64,000 nt of DNA, from positions 70,990,001-71,054,000 of the forward strand of contig OZ038379.1 of NCBI GenBank assembly GCA_964036045.1. The letters are read 5' to 3'. Every line of letters starts with the position of its first letter. Within the stretch, counting starts at the first letter, position 1. A model generated the notes under the pieces. It worked only from the letters and a program-made list of their open reading frames with translations, was not told the origin of the DNA and made no database searches. Both the position numbers and the translations under genes were made by a program. Positions 34,951-47,100 of this stretch are shown here, in pieces. Source of the stretch: Eutreptiella sp. 'Long Island Sound 2002'. Taxonomy: Eukaryota; Protista; Euglenida.

Positions 34951-37654
34951 GTAGTGGGAGGGTGAATTGTAAAAGGAAAGAGAAAGGCTTTTGCAAGGTT
35001 GTTGAATGGGGGTGAGAGGGTTGTCAAGGGTTGGCGCTGCACATCATAGACAAAGTTCTACGGCGCCACATACCCTCCCAAACCATCTGCATTCTGACTG
35101 CCTTCTCCAACCGTCTCCAAACCTCAAATGACTTTGCAACTCTCTCCAATCTTCGAAAGATGCGTCATGAACCTGCTATTGAGTGATTCCCTGCAATCAC
35201 AGGCCTTGTCAGGTTTGGTGCAAACTGACCCTGGGGCCACACCCACCCCCTGTATGCCTTGTGCGCCCCCCTGCACCTCGTGACACCTGAAGTATGGCGC
35301 AATAGTGTGTAACCCGCATGGCACTGTCTGTGGGACCTCCAAGCCCGAAGCACTGGCAAGGTGCAAGCGAGGTCCCACAAATAGTACCGTGTAGGTAACA
35401 GGGTAATCAGCCACAGCAAACATCATTCACCTTTTGGCAAGTGCACACCAACCCTAGACAGGTTACTCTAATTGTTGGGTGTCCAGTGTGCAACTGTTTG
35501 TGGGCAAAGCCTAACTTTTGATGGACGTCTCAAGTGTTTGCAGTGTGGCCTAGCTTTCAGTAGATGGTACTCAACTGCTTGCAGGCGCAGCATAACTTTT
35601 GGTGGACGCATGTGGCAGTCCCCCAAGTACCCTCCAGTATCCAGCCTCCCCCCCCCCCCCCCGCTCTTTCCTTGGTGAGCACCAAACCTCCCCCTGCTCC
35701 CCATGCACGCCAAACTGCCCCCCTCGCGTTCCTCATATGCCCCCCCCCCCCAGCACATCTCATCAGATGAGGCACGCGGATCCAACAGAACTGTGCTATT
35801 GACAGTGCTCAAGAGGACTTTTGCCAGGATGCAAGGTGCTAAAACAAAAAAAAACAAAAGAGACAGCGAACCCTCAGCTGGACAAATTACGAGCCAAAAG
35901 GTGCTGGGGTTAGCACCTGAAACGTTGTTCACTCACCCTATGTATTGCAGGAGAAAATTGGCACACTGGGCATGCGGCATGGTAAGCTTGTTAAAGGGCA
36001 CGATGCACAACAAAATTAGCTTCTGGATCGGGGTTCTTGCCAAGGTCTGCTGTGTTTTGACTCAGCCAGCACGGACTGACCGTTCCAGCATTCCTCCTCC
36101 TTCACCCTTTGGGGAAAGGTAAATGGAATGGAAGAAGGTTTGGCGTACAACCGAAGGCTACTGCAACATGAAACCAGCAGAGTCCGTCAGACGTCCTTTT
36201 GGAATTTCAATCGGAGAAAGCCCTCAGAAAGCCATCAGAATGGTACAGGACGTTGATACCCAACATCATGTGCTTAAAAAGTGCAATACACACTGAGCAC
36301 CATTTGTAGAACCCAACCTCCTGCTTGGCTGCCACTTGCTGCCCAACTGCGCTCATGTGCCCTCACCTACTACTGCTACTACTACTGCCTGGGTGCTCTT
36401 GGACTCTTCCCCACGTTCTCTCACATATGCAACGACGGATGATCACACCTGACAGTGTAAAGCTGGGACTTTCCATACTGTCGAAGAAGGCCACACAGTT
36501 GCCAATGTTTTCATAAGACATCAGGTAGATGATGGTGACCTCTGTGACTTCCGGGACATTTAGCACAAATGTGAGTTCCTGCCCCACTGTTGTGATGCAT
36601 CGACAAGCAATGGAAGAACAGATTTTGGGGCTTAGGTAATGATGTCCAAGGAAGCGTTCAAACGAAATTGGAGGAAGAGCTAATAAATCTGGTGTGGCCT
36701 TCGGGTGCCCCACCCTACCCCTGCCTCATCTCCCAACTGCACAGGGCCCGCCCTACCTCATGAATAGCCCGCCTCTCACATGGTGCATCTCCAGCCCTGC
36801 TGCCATCCACCTATACATACTGATGTTATACCAATTTGAATTTGAAGACTTGATCCTGGCCACGTGAAAATCACACGCATCATTTGTGTTCACCACCTTC
36901 TCGCATGACTTATTCTAACCCTGCATGACTTCCTTGTTTCCATCCTCTTCTCATAGACATTGAGGAGCTGAGACATAGATACTATGTGGTCTTTGTTTGC
37001 TCTCTTGTGCATGCCGGCAATTTGAGCACAGCCAAGTGATTGCCCCTTCCGCCGGCGCCTTATCAGCCCACTTCCAGACCCCACACCCCAACCCTCACCG
37101 CAACTGGCTCAAAAACCAATCCGAGGGCACCTAGTCCACCCACAAACCCCCACTTTTTGGGGCACCTAGTGGGGCACTCAAACCAACCGGGGCCAAAAAG
37201 GGTCAACCATGGACATGGACCCTGATGAATGTTGAGATGGTTAAAAAAAAAAGGCAATCTGCTTGTGGGCACCCACCATTCAAAGGCCATGAGAGGAAAT
37301 GGACAAATTTTGAACAGTTGTGCCCTCGATGAAGGGGCCGTAACTGAGCATTATGAGTTGGTCAGAAAACTTTTCCAATGCCCGGGTACCTAGGGGGTCA
37401 AAATGACTTTTCCCAAAGTTGTTCATGGCCTACTTGAGAGTTTGAAATAAGCTGGGATTTTGCCTATTTTGAGCTCATGGTGACCAAAACACCTTGAAAA
37501 TGGGCCATTTTGACACCAAAATGGGGTGCAAAATGTGTCTAAAAATCTAAAGTCTAAAGTCTAAAAATGTAAAAAATTTTAGATAGAGCACCTTGAAGAG
37601 AGACAGCCAACTGTTGCTCCGACGAATTCTTGGGGGTGCGGAGGGTGGGGGGGT

Positions 37655-38465
37655 CCGCGGGGGTTTCGGGCCCCCCATAGCCTGCGCTACATGGGCCTAG
37701 CGGCCACCACGTGGGTCCCCATGGGTGCCAGGGTACTTGTATTGTCACCAAATGATCACCCAAACCCATGCCAAAGGCGACAAAAGGGTTTCGGAAAAAA
37801 GGGGTACCAAACCCCTAATCGGACCCCTCTCTCCGCCCCTCTACCTCTGTACATAGGCCTACCGATGTTCAAAGGAGTCAACCCCGAGATTGGTGTTTTT
37901 TTTTAGGTGTTTAGTAGCATGAAAATGTTTTCAAAATTTTGACATGTTTCAGAAACCCTTCCGTCGCCCCTGGGATGGCTTTGGGTGATCATTTGGCAAC
38001 ATTACATGTTTTTGAGCACCCATGGGGACTCATGTAGTGGCCACTCGGCCCATGTAGCCTTGGCCATGCGCCCCCTAAAAGCCCCGCCAGTTGCGTTGTT
38101 TCAAATGTTTAGTAGCACTTGAAAATTTGGAAAATTGCATTTTTTCTGATACCCTTCTGTCACCGCCGAGATGGGTAGGGCTGATCATTTGGTGACGATA
38201 ATTGTTTTTGAGCACCAATGGGGAGCCACATGGGGGCCACTTGGGGGCCCATGTAGCCCGGACCATGCGCCCCCTAATTTGCCGTTGTTGAGAATGTTGA
38301 GTAGTACTTGAAAAGTTTGGAAAGATCGACTTTTTCCGAAACGCTTCAATTGCCCCTAGGATGGGTTTGGTTGATCATTTGGTGACATTACGGGTACTTC
38401 AGCACCCATGGGGACCCATATGGTTGCCGCTAGGCCCATGCAGGCTAGGCCATGCGCCCCCCGAA
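37655..38465. repeat. Foldback-like repeat: one inverted plus three direct copies of a ~130-bp core at ~195-bp spacing
   Basis: GATCATTTGG anchor at ~37988, 38184 and 38373; its reverse complement CCAAATGATC at ~37748. The reverse complement of 37686-37800 aligns closely with 38333-38460. Confidence 0.85.
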
Positions 38466-41400
38466 AGCCTCAATATTACCGTTGATTGAGACCTCCAGTA
38501 GATCTTTGAAATTTTGGAAAATTCGACTCCCCCCGTATAGGGCCCCCACCTATGGAGCACGGCGGATGAGAGAGGACGAGCGAGTTGGGACTGAGTCTGT
38601 TCCGTGCTCGCACGCCCATAGAACAAATCCGGCTGCCCACCACTATGCGTCATCCTCGCTGAGGGCGGGGGAGGGGGGGGGGTCGGCCCCAATACTAGCA
38701 AGCTGGCCTGCCGCACCGCATTGACGAACACGGGTTGGCTTAGCTACTGCGGCACAACAAGTACCGCCGTCAAAGATGAACATGAGGGAGATGACGAGGG
38801 AATCACCCCCCCCCCCATGAGAGGGGGGGGAGTTGCTGGCTGTGTGTCACAGGGAGAGCGGCTCACGAACAGTGCCCTTCAGATGCTCGAAAAGACTGCC
38901 GGAAAGGGCAATGCCACTACTCAAGCTTCCTTGGGGGGGGGGGGGGTCCACTAGCGGGACCGTTGCGCTGTCCGCTCTGGTTGGGTTGGTTGGTTGGTTG
39001 GGTTGGGTCTCGGCTTGCGCCAAAGGTGGTGACCCACGACCAATGTGCCAGTACCTCACCGGCTCGACTGGGTACCCCCCTCTGGTTGTCTGGTCTCACA
39101 GCCGTCCACACTGCTGACGACCCCCGTACCCCACCAAGGCGCTGGTGGGAGGGAGATGCCGCCATGCTTGTGTGTCCGCGTGCGCTGGGTCCTGCGGGGG
39201 GGGGGGGGGGGGTGGCATTCAAGGCAGGGGCACACCTTTGTCGTTCTCCAGTGGGCCGAGGTTGGCACGTGTGGGGGGTTGTGTGTGCCCGGGGCTCCGG
39301 GCCCCAGCAGCGGAGCATGGGTGCCCTACCACGTGGCTGCTGAGGGAGTCTATGGGTCGGGTGACTGGCAGCTTCCTCCAGCCCACGACTGAACCCCAAA
39401 GGGGTGCACGGGGCGTGTGGTCTAGGGTGCTCCTTGACTGACCCAGAGGGTCACAGGTAGCGTTGCACAGAGTGCTAGACCGGCTGGGAGCGTCCCAGTA
39501 GAAGGAAGGTCCTGGGGTGTGCTGAGCACTTCCCTTCCCCAGGAGCACTCCACGGAGCGGAGCTCCCAGTGAGCCTGTTGCGCCCTGGTCACCTCTAACG
39601 AGCTGGGACCCCGAGGGTGACACCGCTCGCCACCCCTCCTGGTAGGGGAGGGGGGGAGGGGGGCAAGGGTCGGCAGGTGGCTGTCTGGCCTCCAGGGGTC
39701 GCCCACAGCTGCACTGGAGTGCACGGGGCTGTGCTGGCCTATGCGTCTGAAATGAAGTTGGAGGGGCGCGTGCACAACTGGAGGTTCCCTGGGCAGGCCG
39801 CTCAAGGGATACCCACAGCGGTCAAGCTGTGAGCCCTTCACAGCCTCCACTTTTCAGGCCCTGAGGGCGCCGACTCCGTGCACCCCTCCCGTCGGGGGCG
39901 CTGACTGGGGAGGGGGGGGGTGTGGTGGATGAGTCTACCTGTCCGTTCATTGGTTCGTGGTGCTCACTTGTTCGGGAGAGGAGGACTACATGCTGGGTTA
40001 CCATATGGGTCCCAGATCCCAACATACTCCTCGTTCGGCATCCGCCCCGTTTCTGCGAGGGGTGGGACTTCGATCACCATGTGTCGGCCTGCAGTGTGGG
40101 TGCGAGGGCATGCTGGGGGGGGGGGGGGGGGTGCTAGGCCTGCTTTCATTCCGGCCCCATTTCTGTTGGGGGGGGGTTGGGGCAGTATAAGGTCTGCCCC
40201 CCTGTTTCCTGGTCCTGCACCCTCGCTTTGCGGTGGCTGAAATTTGGGCCGATTGAGTCTAGTTGGGGGGGGGGGGGGGGGGTTGTTTGCCGGCCGGGCA
40301 GTGGCCCACGCGGTGAGGGGTGGGAGGTGCCGCGGTTGCACCTAGGGGGGGGGGGGGTGGACTCTACCAACTAGAAAAACGCTACAATCCCGTCGTGGCT
40401 GAAAATTGTGGGTCCCCGGGAAGCAGCGCAATCATCGGAGTAGTCTCGCCACCTGCAAAAGGACAACCACGCTGCACTGCACCCGGCCGACCAAGGAGCA
40501 CATTGCCCACACTCTGCCATGGCTCTCGGCGGTTGGTATAGGATGGTGCACCTGTGATTTGTGCCCTGCGCCGAACGGCGAGGCGGATGCCCGTTCCATA
40601 CGTGGGCAGTCACTCCGACACGGGCCTAAACCCCCGGAAGGGGCGTCGGTGGTGCCCCATGCGCGGACCACGGTGGAGCTGCCAGGCACCACAGCAAACA
40701 AGGCTGCCAACGCCGCAACCATACCTTGCCCCAACCTGCCATATGGTGCCGACAGCCAAAATATGTGACCAACCTTGACGTGTACATGCTCAAGCGGGGC
40801 GTCTAGCTATGCTATGCTCCATCAGTGTATTGCCGTGCTTTCCTAGGCAAGTCCCTAGCCACCTGCTATCACGACCAGCACAGGGCTGCGCTGCCCGTTT
40901 GAGCCCAAAGCGAAATCCGGAACCGCCAAGGCCGCTACCCCAAGGCCCGGGGACTCCGCATGACAGCTTGGTCGTGCAAATGTAGCGCCACAGACAAGCA
41001 CGCAGTGTGCTGCCGAGAAAGACTCTGCGCCCACCCACACACAACACCATCGGATGGAGACAAAACAAATCCTAGGCGGGCGTATGTCGCAAGGGCCTCA
41101 AGGAATGAAAAGACAAGGCAATCGCGACGAATAGCCGTCACGTAGCTCGCCGCCTCGTTGAAGGTTGGCATGAGCTACCCGGACCATGGTGCGTACAGTG
41201 TGCGGGTGCGCAGGGGGGCACATTGCCGTCACTTTGTGACCCGCACGGAGGTGCAGGCTGTTAGCACCACGAGGCACCACGCACACCCTTGCGGTGGTTG
41301 GTCACTCAAGCTCCGTAGCGACGGGCACTAATGCAACAAGTAGAGCACGGAAGGCAGCTTGCACAGCCGGGGCTACATTGCCACATGCCGTTAGCAAGTG

Positions 41401-42909
41401 GGCCCCGATAGTGCAAACGGCGGCGCGCAGAATGGGCGGTGGAAGGGTTTGCTAGGGGCCGTCCGCATCGTTGCGGCTGCTTGAAACCATTTAGCGACGT
41501 TCACAGCGTGCTTCGAGGGGCGACATCCCAGACGCAGGGTCGGGCGCAAGAGGGCACCCAGGTGTGGTAGCGCTGGAGCCGGTCACTCATATCGTTGTTC
41601 CAGGGCCGTGGAGTGACGCAAATACAACACGCCGCCAGCCGTGAGCACCGCAACATCTCCAATGTCCGCAGTGAAAGGCATGCGGCCCTCCTCCACCTCC
41701 AGCATGGGAGATGTTGTTGGGTCATGCGCCACAAGCTGAAGCTAAGCCAACCCCGGCCCCGTGACACGGAATAAGGCAATGGACAGCAACGGACGGCATC
41801 CGTATATATAGATTCGCGGCGTTGGTTGGCCATGGCCATTGCCGGTCAGCTTGCACTAGCAACCATTGTTTATTGCATTTTGTCCAGTTATCTATTCTCG
41901 TGGCCGCATTGAAAAGGGTCGCCGCAACGTTTCGAGATTGAACCAAAAAATAGGGTAGAAGATAACCACAAGAAACATGGCACATTGAAGCCATCTAATT
42001 TCCTTATTTACTCATATATTTTTCAGATTTTTTCGACGGCATTTTGGACTATCGAATCCAAAACGTCATTTATCAAAACTTTGGAGCCCGAAACGAAAAT
42101 GGCATCCGAAGGGCCTCTATACACCCTATCCATCCACTTAAGGTCAAACATATCGATAAGGACACTGCTATAAAACAATTATGGCCCCAAAGTGAACTAG
42201 GTGCGCGCACGAACCCCCACTTTCCATAAGTGCAAGAACACATATACGTGCGCTAAATTGATAGCGGCACTCTCATGCCCACTCTCAATGTCCATTTAGC
42301 GCTTTGGGCAACCAAACAAGACCGGGCGAACCCAATGGTAGACACCCAAAAGATTACACATTTTGGTCTTGTTTTCTAAGGTGCACGACCCCGCACGCAT
42401 GAGATGCGTGAACGAGGTTCGAAGAGGTATTTCTTCCCTCCTTGCATGCCTCGCCACATGAGGCATCTCAATATAAGTGAACCTAAATTGCATACATGCA
42501 CATTGTAATGCATATTGCCCATTCTGGGGCCCCATGGTCAAATTTGGGCCATACAACCTGATGGCGAATTCGGGGCCAATGGCGCGTGCAACTTCTAGGG
42601 GATCAAAGATGAATATAGCCTTACTTTGTTCCCAAGTGCTAGAAGTGCTTAGAACCTCCAAAACCAACTTAGGTAGGGTTATGTGTCAATTTTGGGCATT
42701 TTTCACATGCGTGAAACGTGAAGGCCATGACTTGCCCCCTTGGTGGACCTCAAGGGAATTTGTGCTCGTGACTGCCCAAGGCATATGGGATTATAGTCGT
42801 CTTTTTCATTTTCACGGGGTGGGAGAAGTCACGCATGGGGAATCAGGAAACAGACAACGAAGATGTGGCAACGCAGGATGCCAGGATCCAAAATGTGCGT
42901 CATGGTAGC

Positions 42910-44150
42910 AGAGGAGGACTTGGGTCTTTAAGCCTTGCCCACAAGGATTGACTTGCTCAACTGCAACGGCTAGTGGCATTGGAACGATTCAACGTGAACC
43001 ATGTTGAACATCATCGACTACTTATTGAGCATGCCCAACGGCGACAAGAGGACAAGAGGAATAACGCCCTGAAGGAGAGCAACGCCCTCCTACAAGAAAT
43101 CTAGATGCTTGGGGATCATGCATCATATGTACAAGGGGAACTACAACAAGACCCCCTGCGGCGCGAGGTCTACTTGGTGGATTCCATTGAGGACCTCTGC
43201 TATCGGATAACACTATGTGAATCCAAAGACTGGGATGCTAATGGCCGTCTACCGACGTGCCATATGCGGCGACATGTGGAGAGATTGGAGGCTGACTAGA
43301 GAGTTGCAGATCCCGACGATACGAAGGAGCCCCTGCCAAATATGCTAGAGCCCTGTCGCACCCTAGAACCGAGCCGTCCTCCGCCTCCTTCGTTCCACCC
43401 GTCGGCCGCACCAACCAAGATTAAGACGGACATGGCATTTCCAGCCCCTAAGACCTTGCAAGTCATGACGCATGATGAGCAGGATCACCCACTAGCCAGC
43501 TCCACACAGCCCGCCACTCACGTGCACAGCCCATCGCCCTCTCCGTTAGCCGCAGTTGCACGGTCGAGTACACATGTGCCCGGCCCATCGCCCGCACCAA
43601 CAACCACCCACCTCCAAGCCAATTCCGTACAGCCAAACGCGCTAGGCAACCTGCCTGGGCATGGCCGATCGCCCTCCACTACTGCCACAACTATCCAGCC
43701 ACCACCACCGCCTACTTGCACGGCAAGAGACGTGGACCCAATGATGATGGACCAGGAAGTGGTGCAGGGGCAAAGAGTGCCAAACACGGCGAGGGACAGG
43801 TCCGGCACCATCATGGAGTTCCTTGAGGTGAAAAGCGTGACACGGCCACCATTGTCGTTTGCGGAGGACCCCAGAGTGAACAATCGGGTGTTGAAGGGCC
43901 ATTTGAGCAGCCAGGGTGGGAGAACAAGGTGCTGCTAGACGGCGCCATGGTCACCATGGGGACCGCAAAAAAGCACACATACCACATCCGCATGCTAAAG
44001 CGAGTGGTGTGTCCCTTGCGCAAGGGGACCATGGAGGCCAACCAAGGGGCATGTGCGTCCATGGAGGCGGTGTCCAATGGGTCCATCACGGTGGATGATG
44101 TGTCGAGGGGATCCCGAAAACCCTTGCGGCGGAAGCCCCAAGCCTAGTAT
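42910..44150 (+). pseudogene. Decayed unclassified coding remnant (charged helical segment then a Pro/Ser/Thr-rich segment), possibly a TE ORF1-like region
   Basis: One frame reads LAQLQRLVALERFNVNHVEHHRLLIEHAQRRQEDKRNNALKESNALLQEI*MLGDHASY... with in-frame stops, followed by ORF 43342-43938. No diagnostic motif. Confidence 0.25.
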
Positions 44151-47100
44151 CCGCGATGTGTGCCATGTTTGAGCCGGTAGTGCCATCACACGGACCACGT
44201 GTCATGGACAAGGCGTGAACAACGTACCCATTGGGTTGCCGGCAAGTGGACTCCCACATCGGGAACCCTTCCCGTTGCCACCGCGAGCGCCCCAACTTTT
44301 GGCGCAATTGGTGGAGAAACGAACGGTGCCATGAACAAGCCCCTAGCCCACCATGCAAGAGGGGAGGCAACCCTTCCTACTATTTGGATCACCCCTTGGC
44401 ACATACACATGTAATGAATTGTTTGAACCCAAAGATGCATCACTTTTGATCTTGTGCTACATCATTTGGGTTAGAGGAGAGGTGCTTGTTTTGTTTTGCA
44501 TCTTAGACGTTGGCACATGTCAGGTTCTTTGCTTTTTTCTCCGTAGAACATTGCATGGGCAAACTGTACTCTGAACGGGTGGAATTCTGTTTGTCGGGAG
44601 CGGCAGGTCTTCACAGAACAATTTGTCACCCATCATCAAGGTTGCATTGTCAATGCCCAACTGCCGATTGCCTGTGACACAATTTTCTTTTCTAGGCTAT
44701 TGAGGACGTGCCTCCCCGAGAGAGCATGCACAATGCACATGGGCAAAATGGGCAAAATGGGTGTTTGCAAATTTTTCATTTTTCACCCATCCCACCTCAC
44801 CCCATTGCAAGGGGAGGGGGGGGGGCTTGGGGTGAGCCCCCCAAGCCCCCCCCAAATGAAATTGATGCCAGCCCATTCGCACATTCCATGCCAAAGACGC
44901 AAATTTACGCAATCTCTATGGCACTACGTGGGATTCGTGAGGAATGTGAATTAGAATGTCTCAACCTTGCCAGCCCTAATCCTCCATTATATTGTCGGTT
45001 CAAAGCACTTTGGGCGGATGTGTTAAGCCTTTGGGTGCCTTTGTAGTGGATACATCCCAACGGAGGGTGGCTAACTAGCACGAGTATGAAGGGGAATGCA
45101 TAAATGCAAAACAAGTCCGCACATTGTCATAGCAAAAAAATCATCTACTAGAAATGCTAACATGGCTGAAGGTAGTAGTGGAGGTACCACTTGAATTGTT
45201 GCCATTGATGTCATTTTCACTATCTCTATCAACATCAGATGCAACCTTACTCTTTTTTGTGGTAGCCCATCGCTTTGGCCTTTTGGGACATGGGGCCATC
45301 TTGTAGACCTGCTTTGTCCTTCTTCCCTTTGACCTTGTGCTTGCCCTTGCCCCGAGGCTTCCTCACTGCCTTGCCATTTCCCTTTGACTGATACGTTTGA
45401 GCCGAGGTAAGAGGGCACAAAATGAGTACCAAAGGTAGCACCATGCGATGCCATGCTGCACATAACCATGGCCCATTGTGACAATAAACACCATATACAA
45501 CCCAAATATATAGAGCTTCACATAGTGTGACCTCACCTTTGTGACACTGGGCTAGCAAAAGTGGCGCCAACATTGCCCAAAATATAACTTGCAATGACAC
45601 ATGGTAGGTTGCACCATAACGTTGGAACCCTTGACCACACCTTCCCGAAATGAAATGCACAATGCTGAGGTATGCGGACATATCCCATCCCAACCCTGCC
45701 GTTGCAAATCTTTGCATTCCAACGCTTCAGGCTCTACATTGAAAACAACAATTTTTGGCCCCCAAATACCCGGAAATACCCTATTGATAGCCAAACCAAA
45801 AAAAAAGCAATGCCAAATGCTGCAAGCTCCTTGCGTTCCTCTTGTTAATGAACTCACCCTGTGTATGACGGTTTGGTCGCTTCTGCCTCCACAATATGGC
45901 CAAGAAACACCCCATTAGTGCCCCAAAATGGCGTGGAACTTGCGTAGTTTGGCTGCAAACAGCCTCAAGACGCCATTGTATATTGGGTTGTGTGGCTCAG
46001 AAACTTTATCACAACCACCCGCATTCCACCCATTAAAATCACCCAAATGGACACCCACACCCCTGTACCGCGCACAAAGCAATTCCAAGCAGCCACGCAA
46101 AGCCCAAGTAGCCCGGGGCAACATGGGTCCACCATGGGTCCAACATGGATCAATAATGATTTTTTCCAATGTTGTTCCCTAAGTCCATGGGGACACATCT
46201 TTGTAAAAGTTATCCTAGACCGGACGATAGACCAACTTTTCCCAAAGTTGTTCATAGCCTACCGCGCAAACTTTTGAAATTTGCGCAACTCTCATTTTTG
46301 CGTATGAACCTTGCCAATAATTAAATTTTTTTTGCGATTTTTGTGGCATTTGCGCAGCAAAAAATTGGAAAAATGACACCCGTTAGCTGAAAAATAATTA
46401 ATTTTTTGCGTTTTTTCTAGTTTTTGCGTCTCTGGCTATTCCACCCTGGTTTCTTCTGTATGCCCGTTGCCGTTGCCTTTTGGGGTTCACGTTGCAAGGC
46501 ATTGCTACACATACACATACACATCAACGTTGCTCCAGTGGACTCTGGATTGCAGTCCATGACACAGACAAGCACCAAGAAGGAGGATGATCACATGAGG
46601 CATACCCACCAATTGTTGTAAATGCATTTCATAACAAAGCGGTTGGAAATGCGTCGAAACTAATAGAGCGCATGACTTGCAAAAACTGGTCCTTCAAAAG
46701 TGAAGGACGGAAGAAATGTTGCATGGTGAACATCGGGAAGAGGGTGCTGTAGGTAGAGGGTGGAAATTGCTGCTCCATTCAACTATGTGTACGCAATCCC
46801 GGACAGAATTAATTGATTTTTTGCGATAAACCTAATTTTTGCGCACTTTTCCGATTATCGCCTTATAATTGATTAAAATTTGGAGGTTTTTTTATTTTTG
46901 CGTTAACCTGAAATTCGACGTGTGCCGCCCTCGGAATTAATTAGCTTTAAAATTCCTAAAGTTTGCACGGTACTTGGGATCCTCAGACAAGTGTTGTTGC
47001 CTGGTTTGAGCTTGCGGTGACCCATTTTGGCCCTCTGAACGTCCCAAACCGGCCTGAAGCTGGTTTGTACCAAAACAGGGTCCAGGATGCTAGCAATTAC

